A stretch of DNA of 61,634 bases from Patescibacteria group bacterium (GCA_018896765.1 JAHILZ010000016.1:1-61634); one strand, 5' to 3'. Counted from the stretch's first letter, positions 1-9,702 are shown. Notes: generated by a model from the letters alone, not told the origin. Made by a program: numbers and translations.

Positions 1-48
1 AGGAGGAATTTATTCCGATGACAACTTTGGGGCAGGCCTTTAAAGGAG

Positions 49-432
49 TTGAGAAAAGTGAAAACCAAAAGTAGTTTAGGAATATTAGCAGTGTTACTGC
101 TAATTGGATCGTTGTTGGCAACAGCAACACCGGTATCGGCAAATGTAAGGTATTACCCGTCTGATTGGAAAGTCATAGACTATTACCATATCGGTTTCGT
201 CTATAACTTACCCTATAACGCCGATCCTAATTATCGCCCCCGCATAGGCGGAGTCAATCAAGCGATAATTGATAAATACATGACAGATCATAAAGATCCG
301 CAAAAATGGGATTTGAGGTCGTATGGTACTGGTAAAACACTTTTGCTGGTTCCTAAAACTTATCTTTGGTATAATGGCTTCAGTAATTCCTACAGCCAGA
401 TATACCTGGAAATCTATTGGGAAAACCGGTAA
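49..432 (+). CDS. hypothetical secreted protein
   Basis: 127-aa ORF. The N-terminus KSSLGILAVLLLIGSLLATATPVSA looks like a Sec signal peptide. No catalytic motif recognised. Confidence 0.45.
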   Translation: MRKVKTKSSLGILAVLLLIGSLLATATPVSANVRYYPSDWKVIDYYHIGFVYNLPYNADPNYRPRIGGVNQAIIDKYMTDHKDPQKWDLRSYGTGKTLLLVPKTYLWYNGFSNSYSQIYLEIYWENR

Positions 433-531
433 CGAAACGAGACACAGCGGGGGTAGAAATATCCCTTTTTATTTTACTTTTTAGTTACAACGGTGTTATA
501 ATAATATTATTCCTATTATTAATTTTATTTT

Positions 532-957
532 ATGATCAATAAAGATGTATTAAAAAGAATTTTTGTTTATTTTCTTGTGATTTTTACCTTACTAATAAAT
601 TTGTCATATTTATTTTTTTCAATAAATTACGAAAAAGGTAATTACAGTGAATACAATACAAGCACAAGAATGGAGTTTTATAAGAATACTCCTTGGGAAA
701 AGATTAATTTTCAGGAACTCTGTTCTAGTTTAAAACCTAATTTATTTTTGCAAAATTACAATAAGATTGTTTTTTTGTCTTTATTGATGATAATAGTTTC
801 AATAGTGGCTATCCATATTTTATATAAAAGAAAGTTTTTATCTAAAAAACAAGGATGTCTGCTTATAACCGTTGTTATTTTGTCTTTTCTTGTTTTTTTT
901 AAAGCGTTTTTGATTGAAGCAGATTACGATTTTATCGGATGTGGAAAGTTTTGGTAA
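532..957 (+). CDS. hypothetical integral membrane protein
   Basis: 141-aa ORF with several hydrophobic helices. No recognisable family. Confidence 0.4.
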   Translation: MINKDVLKRIFVYFLVIFTLLINLSYLFFSINYEKGNYSEYNTSTRMEFYKNTPWEKINFQELCSSLKPNLFLQNYNKIVFLSLLMIIVSIVAIHILYKRKFLSKKQGCLLITVVILSFLVFFKAFLIEADYDFIGCGKFW

Positions 958-1088
958 TTATGAATATTTAAAATAACTTATAACCGGATTTAGTAAACCT
1001 AATTTCCGGTTATTTTTTTACCTTTACGAAAAGGATTTTTTGGAGTAAAATATAAAAATACAGGAAGTATTAAAAATTAAGCATTTTT

Positions 1089-2033
1089 ATGGATTTTTCC
1101 CGTTTTAATGTTAATATTTTTTTAACCGAAGCGATATTTTTTGCCGCTTCTTTTATTGCCGCGATACTCAGCACATTGCAGATTAATAAAATCTTGGCGG
1201 CACAGGCGGAAATTGCGAGATTGGCCGCTAAATTGCCGGAAGGCGCCAGTCTTATTCTGCCGCCTGAATTAGTAAATATTCAGCATTTGAATACGCCGGA
1301 ATTTATTACGATCAGCCAATTCTTAATTGCTTTTTTATTTGCGACATTGTTTTTTATTGTTTTGTTGAAAACCAAGTACGGAGCGGCGCTTTTTCGATTT
1401 ATTTTTTTTATCGCTTTATTTGCCGGAGCGCAGGTTATTTTTCGGGTTTGGCTAAGCCAGGAGTTATCGATTATTTTGGCGTTTTTAATGGTAATAGCGC
1501 GGTATGTTTATCCTCGCGTAGCAATCCACAATATCGCGATAATTACCGCTATTTGCGGCATTGCCATTAATCTGGGCATGAATATTAAGCCCAATGAAGC
1601 GATTTTAATTCTTATTGCTATTTCGGTTTATGATTGCTTGGCAGTTTATGTTACCGGGCATATGGTTCGGATGCTCAAGAATACAATTTCTTTAGGAACG
1701 ATTTTTGCCATGATCGTGCCGCAAAATTTTCACGATATGATAAAAACGGTTTCTGAAGTCGGGAAGGAAAAAAACATTGCCGGTGATAAAATTTCTCAAA
1801 GCGCGTATGTATATTTGGGCGGAGGGGATTTGGCTTTTCCTTTGATCATGGTGGTTGTTGCCTTGAAAATTGGCCTATATTCGGCTATAATTACAGCATC
1901 AGGAGCGTTGATTGGCTTGCTGGTTCTGAATATTATTTTCGCGGCGCAAAAAGAGCGGCGACCTATGGCCGCTCTGCCACCATTGGCGATATTTTCAATC
2001 TTGGGATTTTTAGCGAGTTTGATTAAATTTTAA
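1089..2033 (+). CDS. presenilin / signal-peptide-peptidase-like intramembrane aspartyl protease (A22-like)
   Basis: Polytopic membrane ORF with YD (SVYDCLAVY), GxGD (YLGGGDLAFPL) and a PAL-like PPL near the C-terminus. This order matches presenilin/SPP/archaeal PSH. Confidence 0.55.
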   Translation: MDFSRFNVNIFLTEAIFFAASFIAAILSTLQINKILAAQAEIARLAAKLPEGASLILPPELVNIQHLNTPEFITISQFLIAFLFATLFFIVLLKTKYGAALFRFIFFIALFAGAQVIFRVWLSQELSIILAFLMVIARYVYPRVAIHNIAIITAICGIAINLGMNIKPNEAILILIAISVYDCLAVYVTGHMVRMLKNTISLGTIFAMIVPQNFHDMIKTVSEVGKEKNIAGDKISQSAYVYLGGGDLAFPLIMVVVALKIGLYSAIITASGALIGLLVLNIIFAAQKERRPMAALPPLAIFSILGFLASLIKF

Positions 2034-2036
2034 AAT
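1988..2036 (+). repeat. direct repeat copy 1 (3' end of presenilin-like gene)
   Basis: gatattttcaatcttgggatttttagcgagtttgattaaattttaaaat recurs at roughly 80 percent identity at 2697-2745. Confidence 0.7.
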
Positions 2037-2052
2037 TATTCACTATGATAAT

Positions 2053-2598
2053 ATGTATTATCATAGTGGCAAGAAAAGTATGTATAAAAAAATAATAAAA
2101 AATTACGCATTTATTGACAGCCAGAATTTGAATATGGGTATCAAAAATTTAGGCTGGAAACTTGATTTTAAAAGATTTCGCGTATATTTAAAAGATAAAT
2201 ACAATATTTCGGTTGCTTATCTTTTTATCGGGTATGTTCCCATAAATCAAGATTTATATTCTTTCCTTCAGAAAGCCGGTTATGTGTTAATATTTAAGCC
2301 CACTATTCCTGATAAAGAAGGAAACTTAAAAGGCAATATTGATGCTGATTTGGTTTTACAAGCAATGATTGATTATAATGATTACGAAAAAGCCATGATT
2401 ATAACTAGTGACGGAGATTTTTATTCGCTGGTTAAATATTTTTATGAGCATAATAAACTTTTGGCGGTAATAAGTCCGTATGTAAAGACTTGCTCTATTT
2501 TACTTAAAAAATCGGCAAAAGAAAAAATTGTTTTTATGGATAATTTGAGAAAAAAGCTTGAATATATAAAAAAGCACCGCATAAGGACGAAACCTTAA
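2053..2598 (+). CDS. NYN-domain (LabA/DUF88-like) putative RNase
   Basis: AFIDSQNL...GNIDADLVLQAM...ITSDGDFYSLV matches the NYN acidic-residue pattern. The true start may be the internal Met at 2080. Confidence 0.7.
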   Translation: MYYHSGKKSMYKKIIKNYAFIDSQNLNMGIKNLGWKLDFKRFRVYLKDKYNISVAYLFIGYVPINQDLYSFLQKAGYVLIFKPTIPDKEGNLKGNIDADLVLQAMIDYNDYEKAMIITSDGDFYSLVKYFYEHNKLLAVISPYVKTCSILLKKSAKEKIVFMDNLRKKLEYIKKHRIRTKP

Positions 2599-2696
2599 GA
2601 GGTGCTTTTTCGTGTGAATTCTATAATTATTATAGCATTGTAAATTAGTTTGTCAATAGCGCTAATTTCATCCAGAATTCATATAAAAATTGTCTT

Positions 2697-2745
2697 GATA
2701 TTTTCGATTTTATGGTTTTTGGCGAGTTTGGTTAAATTTTAAAAT
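2697..2745 (+). repeat. direct repeat copy 2
   Basis: gatattttcgattttatggtttttggcgagtttggttaaattttaaaat. Together with copy 1 it brackets the NYN gene. Confidence 0.7.
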
Positions 2746-2748
2746 AAT

Positions 2749-3315
2749 ATGAAAAGTAATTTAGAATTAGAAAATTATTTAAATCAAACAGAAAAAGAAA
2801 AACAAAATATTTTTGACATAATCTCAAAAGAGAAAATTAATGAGTATAAAAAAGAAATAGAAGATAATAATAAGATAGATTTATCAGATATAAACATAAA
2901 TATATTACATCCCGGAGATAATCTTTATGATCATTATGAAATTCAACAGAAATTGTTTTTAAAATGTAATTCAGATTTTAGTAAAATGATTAATTTGATC
3001 AAAGAGTATAATTATGATCCGAATGATGTTACAATTGATGGATTTCGAGATATTGCTAAAAAAGAAGGTATAGTTTTAGAAGGTAAGTTTCCCTCTTTTG
3101 CTATGACAGATGGTGATAGTGATATTAATTTTATGGGTATAAAAGAAGAGAATGTTATTGAAATGGCAAAAAAATACGCCTTAAAAGAAAACGAACAACA
3201 AAGTGATTTTTCAAACATTGAAGAAGCAGAAAATTATTTAGAAAGCTTAGGGGAAAAATATTTTTTACATGAAGTTGGGCATACGGTTTATAAAAAATTG
3301 AAAATTTTTTTATAG
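2749..3315 (+). CDS. HExxH-motif hypothetical protein, probably 3'-disrupted
   Basis: LHEVGHTVY zinc-metalloprotease-type motif lies just before a TAG stop. Protein-like coding continues downstream (see findings). Confidence 0.4.
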   Translation: MKSNLELENYLNQTEKEKQNIFDIISKEKINEYKKEIEDNNKIDLSDININILHPGDNLYDHYEIQQKLFLKCNSDFSKMINLIKEYNYDPNDVTIDGFRDIAKKEGIVLEGKFPSFAMTDGDSDINFMGIKEENVIEMAKKYALKENEQQSDFSNIEEAENYLESLGEKYFLHEVGHTVYKKLKIFL

Positions 3316-3544
3316 GAAAAATGGAAAAAATTTATAGAAAATAATTTTGATCTTAAAAAAAGGTTACGAAAGTTCAGGAAGATAAATATAATGACGAGGA
3401 ACAAATTCCAATTGATCAGGAATCTTTCGCAGATTATTTTATTGATGTATCAAGCAATGGAAAATTAATTAGCAGATTAGGAGAAAATAATGAAGCAGTG
3501 GAAAAAATAAAATCATTATTAAATAAAAATAAAATTTAAATTTT

Positions 3545-4759
3545 ATGGATTCAATAACCTTAATTATCGGGGTAATCGCGGGAGCGATTTTGGGAATCGT
3601 AATTTTGAAAGCGTTTAAAAAAGAACCGAGTCAGGAAGAGCAATTGACTAAAATATTGCCGGAAATGGAAAATCTTTTTAATAAAGTATCGCAGGATGTT
3701 TTAAAAAATACCAGCGAACAGCTAACAACGCAATTTACCAATCAATCAACGCAATTTACAAATCAATTTCAGGAGCTGGCAAAAGAAAAACTTGACAATA
3801 CCGCCCAAAAAGTAAAAAGCGACCTGGAAGCGAAAAAAGATTCGATCGAGGTTTTGGTAAATGAAATACGAAAAGAAATCGGCAAGAATGAAGAACATCT
3901 GAAAAAAAGCGACAATGACAGAGTTTCGGCATTTTCCAGCCTTCAGGAAGAATTAAAAAATTACAAGCAGATTACTTCAGAGCTTAGAACCAGCACCGAT
4001 GATTTAAAAAAACTGCTTTCAAACAATCAGCTTCGCGGAAGGTTTGGCGAGCAGGTGGCGGAAAACTTGCTTAAAATGTGCGGTTTTGTAATTGGCACTG
4101 ATTATGTTTACAATAAAGAACAGGAAAAAATTGACACAAGGCCTGATTTTACGATTTATTTGCCCGATAAGACTAAAATTAATATTGACGTGAAATTTCC
4201 CTATTCAGCGCTGCTTGATTCTATCAAAACAGAAGATAAATTGGAAAAAGTAAGGTATACGAAGATTTTTGAAAGGGATATGAAGGATAAAATAAAACAA
4301 GTTACTACTCGCGATTATATTAATCCTGAGGAAAAAACGGTTGATTTTGTGATACTTTTTATTCCCAATGAAATGATTTTTAGTTTTGTTTACGAACACC
4401 TGAATGATGTATGGGAAGACGCTATGGCCAAGAAGGTGATTATGGCCGGCCCTTTCAGCTTTACGGCGATTTTGAGAATGGTCAAGCAGGCTTATTCAAA
4501 TTTTCGCTATCAGGAAAATTTGCATCATATTATCGGCTTAATCCAGAATTTCGACAAAGAATATCAAAAATACAATGAATCGGTTGATAAGCTGGGGGAT
4601 AATATTTCGCGCGCGTCAAAGCAATTCGAGGTAGTTTCCGGAACCAGGACAAGGATGCTTACGAGGATAGTTGATCAGATCAAGACCGAAAAAATTCCAG
4701 CCTCGCCGAGTCTAGGCGGGGATGATGCTAAAATTGACGAAAAGCTAAAATTAAGCTAA
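3545..4759 (+). CDS. rmuC: DNA recombination protein RmuC
   Basis: N-terminal TM helix, long coiled coil, then an RmuC nuclease-like core (RGRFGEQVAENLL, RPDFTIYLP, DVKFP, ILFIPNE). Confidence 0.8.
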   Translation: MDSITLIIGVIAGAILGIVILKAFKKEPSQEEQLTKILPEMENLFNKVSQDVLKNTSEQLTTQFTNQSTQFTNQFQELAKEKLDNTAQKVKSDLEAKKDSIEVLVNEIRKEIGKNEEHLKKSDNDRVSAFSSLQEELKNYKQITSELRTSTDDLKKLLSNNQLRGRFGEQVAENLLKMCGFVIGTDYVYNKEQEKIDTRPDFTIYLPDKTKINIDVKFPYSALLDSIKTEDKLEKVRYTKIFERDMKDKIKQVTTRDYINPEEKTVDFVILFIPNEMIFSFVYEHLNDVWEDAMAKKVIMAGPFSFTAILRMVKQAYSNFRYQENLHHIIGLIQNFDKEYQKYNESVDKLGDNISRASKQFEVVSGTRTRMLTRIVDQIKTEKIPASPSLGGDDAKIDEKLKLS

Positions 4760-4780
4760 GCTAAAAATATCGTAATAAAT

Positions 4781-6337
4781 ATGAACGCGCTTGATTTTCC
4801 CACACCGCGCACAACTAACGCGCGCGATTTTTATCTTCAAAGATTCGGAGAGGTTTTGCCGGGTTTTTTAACATGGTCGACATTTATCGGGGCCGTATTG
4901 GCGGCCATATATTATCCCGTGCATTTGGCGGTTTTTATGATTGTTTTTGATGTTTTTTGGCTGATCAAAGCCATATATGTTTCGATTCATCTCGTAGATG
5001 GATATGCTAAATTAAAAGAGAATCTTAAAATAGACTGGTTCAGCCGCGCAAGAAAAATAAAAGATTGGGAAAAAATTTATCATATCGTAATTTTTCCTGT
5101 TTACAAGGAGGGTTTGGAAATTATCCGTCCGTCAATTCAGTCTATAGTTGATTCTAATTATCCGAAAGATAAAGTAATCGTAGTTTTAACTTTTGAGGAG
5201 CGTTCAGGACGCGACCTGGTTAAAAAAAGAGTAGAAGCGGTGCGAAAAGAATTTTCTGATAAGTTTTTTATTTTTTTAGCCACCGTTCATCCTGACGGCA
5301 TACCCGGCGAGGCAAAAGTAAAAGGCGCTAACCTTACTTGGGCCGCTAAAAAAATCAAAAAAATAATCGATGAAAAGAAATTAAAATACGAGAATATAAC
5401 CGTCTCCACTCTTGATTGCGATAGCCGAGTCCATCCTCAGTATTTGGCGGCGCTATCCCATGCTTATTTGAATAATCCCAATCCCACTCGTTCAAGCTAT
5501 CAGCCTCTTCCGATGTTTTTCAATAATATTTGGGATACAACCTCGATCTCCCGGGTAATTATTACCGGTTCCGCTTTTTGGAATATGATTCAGGCTACTC
5601 GGCCTGAGCGCATAGTTACTTATACCAGCCATAGCATGAGTTTTAAGGCGGTTACCGATGTAAATTATTGGCCGGTAAATATGATTTCTGACGATTCAAT
5701 TATATTTTGGAAATGCTTTATTGTTTTTGGAATCGAATATGATATTAAGCCGATTTTTTTGCCTATTTATATGGATGCCGTTCAAGCTGAAACGGCTTGG
5801 CAAACGCTCGTCAATCAATATAAGCAATATCGCAGGTGGGCTTATGGCGCGGAAAATACCGCGATTATCTTGAGGGGATTTATTAAATACAAGAAAGTTC
5901 CTTTGAAGGAAAAAATTATAAGAATGTGGTCGGAAATTTACGGGAGGCATTCATGGGCCACCGCTTCAATTATGGTAGCAACCTTTGGCTGGCTGCCGTT
6001 TATTTTTGGAGGAGAAAACTTTAAAGGTTCGGTTCTGGCTTCTAATTTGCCTGTTACATTGAGAACATTGATGTTTGTCGCAATGTTTGGTCTTTTTGTT
6101 TCAGCTTTTCTTTCTGTTCTTATTGTTCCGCCTAATCCAAAGTTAAAAGGCAAGAAGGGCTATTTGCGGCTGATGCTGGAATGGATATTATTGCCATTCG
6201 TGGCTATTCCAATGGGTACATTGCCCGCAATTGACGCTCAGACCCGTTTAATGTTTGGAAAATATATGCAATTCTGGGTAACGCCGAAGATAAGAAAAGG
6301 AAATATTGAGACGGAAAAAGCTAAAATTGCAAATTAG
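4781..6337 (+). CDS. membrane-bound family 2 glycosyltransferase (processive synthase-like)
   Basis: GT2 core with a DCDS motif and a Q-x-x-RW-type motif (QYRRWAYGA), flanked by TM helices. Confidence 0.7.
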   Translation: MNALDFPTPRTTNARDFYLQRFGEVLPGFLTWSTFIGAVLAAIYYPVHLAVFMIVFDVFWLIKAIYVSIHLVDGYAKLKENLKIDWFSRARKIKDWEKIYHIVIFPVYKEGLEIIRPSIQSIVDSNYPKDKVIVVLTFEERSGRDLVKKRVEAVRKEFSDKFFIFLATVHPDGIPGEAKVKGANLTWAAKKIKKIIDEKKLKYENITVSTLDCDSRVHPQYLAALSHAYLNNPNPTRSSYQPLPMFFNNIWDTTSISRVIITGSAFWNMIQATRPERIVTYTSHSMSFKAVTDVNYWPVNMISDDSIIFWKCFIVFGIEYDIKPIFLPIYMDAVQAETAWQTLVNQYKQYRRWAYGAENTAIILRGFIKYKKVPLKEKIIRMWSEIYGRHSWATASIMVATFGWLPFIFGGENFKGSVLASNLPVTLRTLMFVAMFGLFVSAFLSVLIVPPNPKLKGKKGYLRLMLEWILLPFVAIPMGTLPAIDAQTRLMFGKYMQFWVTPKIRKGNIETEKAKIAN

Positions 6338-6377
6338 GTCATTGCCATAGCGCAGAATTATGAATCATGAATTAATG

Positions 6378-6486
6378 TCAAAGTTCAAATTACAAATGAC
6401 AAATCAATTCCAAATGCCTAAATGTTAAATTTTTGAAATTTAGGATTTGAGTTTGAATTGACATTTGACATTTGGATTTTGAAATT
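6378..6486. repeat. long imperfect intergenic hairpin built from caaatg/acaaat words
   Basis: The arm ttcaaattacaaatgacaaatcaattccaaatgcctaaat faces atttaggatttgagtttgaattgacatttgacatttggattttgaa. Confidence 0.6.
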
Positions 6487-6532
6487 AAACTTACAAATTA
6501 TATCTTAAATCAAAAATTGCATTTAAATCTTT

Positions 6533-7621
6533 ATGCTTTCACTTTATCTTACCCCTTTTATTATCAGCTTCGCTTTGTCTTTATTTTTAACTTTATTTTT
6601 AATCAAAATATCCGCCAAGCTCAAGATTTTTTTTCCGGCCGGCAAGCAGTATTTCTACGGCAATAATATTTCTCGAATCGGAGGCGCGGCTATAATCGCC
6701 GCTTTTTTATCGGCGATTTTTTTTACTGGTAATTTAGAGTTTGATAATTTAAAATGGGGGATGGCGATTTGTTCCGTTATAATACTTTTTTTTGGTTTTA
6801 TCGATGACATTAAAAAATTATCATGGAAAAAACAAATTTTCGCGCAAATAATTGTAGCGGCGGTAATGATATATTCGGGTTTGGGCGTTGAATACATTGC
6901 CAATCCGTTCGGCGGAGCAGAGTTTAGGATGGATACCGCCGCGTACCAAATAGCAGGCAAACAATATTATTTATTTAGCTCCGTATTTGTTTTGTTTTTA
7001 ATAGTCGGGTTTATGAATATTGTTAATTGGCTCGACGGGCTCGACGGCCTGGCGGGCGGAGTGGGAATTATCGGATTTTTAACATTATTTTTTTTAAGCA
7101 TTTCGAGCTTGGTAAATCAGCCTCCGATTGGAATAATTTCGATAGCCGCCGCAGGCGCGATTTTAGGTTTTTTGCTGTTTAATTTTTATCCGGCAAAAAT
7201 ATTCATGGGCACGAGCGGAGCGATGTTTATCGGGTTTTTGCTGGCAGTAGTTTCGGTTTTTAGCGGAGCAAAATTAGCGACGGTGGCGTTAGTTTTAACC
7301 ATTCCAATTTTAGACGCGGTTTGGGTGATTATTCGGCGCGTAAGAAAAAATTCTTCGATTTTTGCCGGAGATAAAAAAAACCACCTTCATTATCGGTTGT
7401 TAGAGCTCGGCTTTTCTCAAAACAAAATCGTGTTTTTTTATTATATTCTCAGTATTTTGTTTGGAATTATCGCGCTTAAACTGGGGGGTTTGGGAAAGTT
7501 TATCGCTTTTATTATCTTTACCTCGCTGGTTATATTGTTTGTAAATTTAATTGAGAATTATTACATTAATAATGCCAAAGTTCAAATGACAAATGCCAAA
7601 TCAAATCTAAAGCTCAAATGA
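6533..7621 (+). CDS. MraY/WecA-family (GT4) undecaprenyl-phosphate sugar-phosphate transferase
   Basis: Polytopic ORF with NIVNWLDGLDGLAGG and FMGTSGAMFIG motifs. The last 15 codons are encoded by word-repeat DNA. Confidence 0.8.
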   Translation: MLSLYLTPFIISFALSLFLTLFLIKISAKLKIFFPAGKQYFYGNNISRIGGAAIIAAFLSAIFFTGNLEFDNLKWGMAICSVIILFFGFIDDIKKLSWKKQIFAQIIVAAVMIYSGLGVEYIANPFGGAEFRMDTAAYQIAGKQYYLFSSVFVLFLIVGFMNIVNWLDGLDGLAGGVGIIGFLTLFFLSISSLVNQPPIGIISIAAAGAILGFLLFNFYPAKIFMGTSGAMFIGFLLAVVSVFSGAKLATVALVLTIPILDAVWVIIRRVRKNSSIFAGDKKNHLHYRLLELGFSQNKIVFFYYILSILFGIIALKLGGLGKFIAFIIFTSLVILFVNLIENYYINNAKVQMTNAKSNLKLK

Positions 7622-7838
7622 CAAAAATACATTTTATAATTTTAAATTTACAATTTACAATCAAATCTCAATAATTTAAAAATCACAAATCACAATAAAC
7701 AAATTACAAACAATCCCCAAGTCACAATCCCGAGTACTCGGGACAAATTACAAACCGTTTGTGTTTTATCTTATATTTTGTCGTCTGTGTTTTGTTTGTG
7801 ATTTGTAGTTTGGAATTTGGAATTTAAAAAAATATTCA

Positions 7839-7889
7839 TTGAAAATTCATTGTCTGGCTTCGCCAGATCCCGCATAGCGGGAAAAATTG
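7839..7889. repeat. dispersed double-hairpin element, copy A
   Basis: Reverse complement equals copy B (38121-38172) except for the inner hairpin, which differs but still pairs. Confidence 0.7.
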
Positions 7890-7979
7890 GTACTTGAAAA
7901 TTGAAAATTAGTCTTACCTTTCGTTTTTAAAGTATAAAAAAAGAATAGGGCTTGCGCGGAGCTATGGTGTAAAACAGCG

Positions 7980-9227
7980 TTAAATTATCCCTTTATACAT
8001 TAAAATAGCAATAATAACCAGCATTGCTCCGGTAACGCCGCGCAACGCCACTCTTTTATCTTTTCTGAATTCCTCCACTCTTTTTGGATTCATCCCAAAA
8101 GCAATTGCCGCGCCCAATATAAGCACGGGCAGCACTACGCCCAAATTATAAGACGCGAGATATATCATTCCCGTCCCCGTATCGTTTCTCATAGTATCAA
8201 GAATTACCAAATAAACCGCTCCGACACAGGGAGCTTTTATAAGCGAAAAAAGAGAGCCGATCAAAAACGCCGCCGGCAAGCTTACTTTTTTTGTCACACT
8301 TTCGGTCAGGCGGATAAATGCTCGGGGGGTATGAAAAGACGACTCGGTATTTTTTCGCAAATAATAAGCGTCATAAATATGCCATATCCCCAGGATTCCC
8401 ACTATGGCAACGAGAATATTTTTAATAGTGTCTTGCAAAGGAGCCGATTGCCCGATTATTTTATGAAGCCCCAATCCCGCTATAAGATACGTCACAAAAA
8501 TTCCAAGACTGAACATAATTACAATCATTAAGACATTGCGCCTTTTCCCCGTATTCGCAAGCGTGACCGATGCGATAAATGCCAATATCGCGAGAAGGCA
8601 AGGATTGAATCCCGCCAAGAATCCGACGGTAAAAACGGAAGGCACCGAAAGATTGATAGTTGGTTTTGTTTTAATATCCGGTTTATCGCCGATAGAGCCA
8701 ATACTGCAAAAATCCCGCGGCTCGGTCGCGTTGCAAACTCCTAAATCGAGGCCGTTTTCCGGGCGATTGCCGTTTTTCCAATCTTCCAAAAACTTATAGC
8801 AATCCAAAAGCAAGTTTTCATTTTTGGAAATTTTTTCGTCAATTTTCGAAGCTAAATTATTTTCAATATCATTCGCGCCCAAAAGATAATCCGCGCCCGC
8901 AAATATTACAGGAACGTTTGCTTTGCTTTCCGGCAAGCTGTAAATCTTAATAAACTGCAAAAACAGCTGAAGACACTCGTCTTTTTCTTTTACATCATGC
9001 TCTAAAAAGTCAATTTTATCTTTGTATCTTTCTTTAGTTTGTTCAATGAATGGTTTGATTTTCTGACAACTCGAACAATCTTTGGCGTAAAAATAAATTA
9101 CTCTGATATTTTGCCGCGGAGTTTCAAGAATTTCATTTGCAGTTGCCGCTTTTAGACTATTGGCGGGGAATAAAATAATTGCAGAAAATAAAGCGAGGAA
9201 AAATAATTTTAAAACTTTTCTAACCAT
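7980..9227 (-). CDS. thioredoxin-like domain fused to CcdA/DsbD-type thiol-disulfide transporter
   Basis: Signal peptide, CSSC redox motif in a Trx-like N-domain, then a CcdA membrane core with the conserved cysteines (GFNPCLLA, IKAPCVGAV). Confidence 0.7.
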   Translation of the reverse strand: MVRKVLKLFFLALFSAIILFPANSLKAATANEILETPRQNIRVIYFYAKDCSSCQKIKPFIEQTKERYKDKIDFLEHDVKEKDECLQLFLQFIKIYSLPESKANVPVIFAGADYLLGANDIENNLASKIDEKISKNENLLLDCYKFLEDWKNGNRPENGLDLGVCNATEPRDFCSIGSIGDKPDIKTKPTINLSVPSVFTVGFLAGFNPCLLAILAFIASVTLANTGKRRNVLMIVIMFSLGIFVTYLIAGLGLHKIIGQSAPLQDTIKNILVAIVGILGIWHIYDAYYLRKNTESSFHTPRAFIRLTESVTKKVSLPAAFLIGSLFSLIKAPCVGAVYLVILDTMRNDTGTGMIYLASYNLGVVLPVLILGAAIAFGMNPKRVEEFRKDKRVALRGVTGAMLVIIAILMYKGII

Positions 9228-9324
9228 AAAATTATCATATTTTAACGGATTCCATGTGTATATGATAGCAGAATGGCGGTATTTGTAAACTGCGATCGAT
9301 GGATAGAAAAGCTCTATAGCGATA

Positions 9325-9353
9325 TTGACACATATTTTTAAATAGGTTATAAT
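9325..9353 (+). promoter_or_regulatory. consensus sigma70-type promoter
   Basis: TTGACA, a 17-nt spacer, then TATAAT (both hexamers perfect). Followed by taaggagg and the ATG at 9380. Confidence 0.65.
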
Positions 9354-9379
9354 AGTGGCTCAGTAAGGAGGTTTTAATA

Positions 9380-9697
9380 ATGAAAACAAATCTAGATGAT
9401 CTTAAGAAGGTCATAAAAACATTAGGGATAAAAATAGAAAAAGAAACAGACAAAGTAATCGTTATTTTTGCCGGTAAAGGAGTTTATTTAAAAAGAATTC
9501 CGATAAAAAACGGTGTTAGAAAACGTGTTATATGCGTTTCCACAAAGCCAAAACCAGAGGAAGTTATTGATCCAGAGTTATTTGGGTGCGTGGCTGAATC
9601 AGGTATTGGCTTAAAAATTTTAATTCGGTCTTTGTCTAATATAAGTTCGGGAGACTCACAAAAGTCTCCTTCTTTTTGGAAAGTAAAGTATGGATAA
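9380..9697 (+). CDS. hypothetical protein (orphan)
   Basis: 105-aa ORF with a perfect promoter and a strong SD. No family recognised. Confidence 0.5.
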   Translation: MKTNLDDLKKVIKTLGIKIEKETDKVIVIFAGKGVYLKRIPIKNGVRKRVICVSTKPKPEEVIDPELFGCVAESGIGLKILIRSLSNISSGDSQKSPSFWKVKYG

Positions 9698-9702
9698 GAT
9701 AA

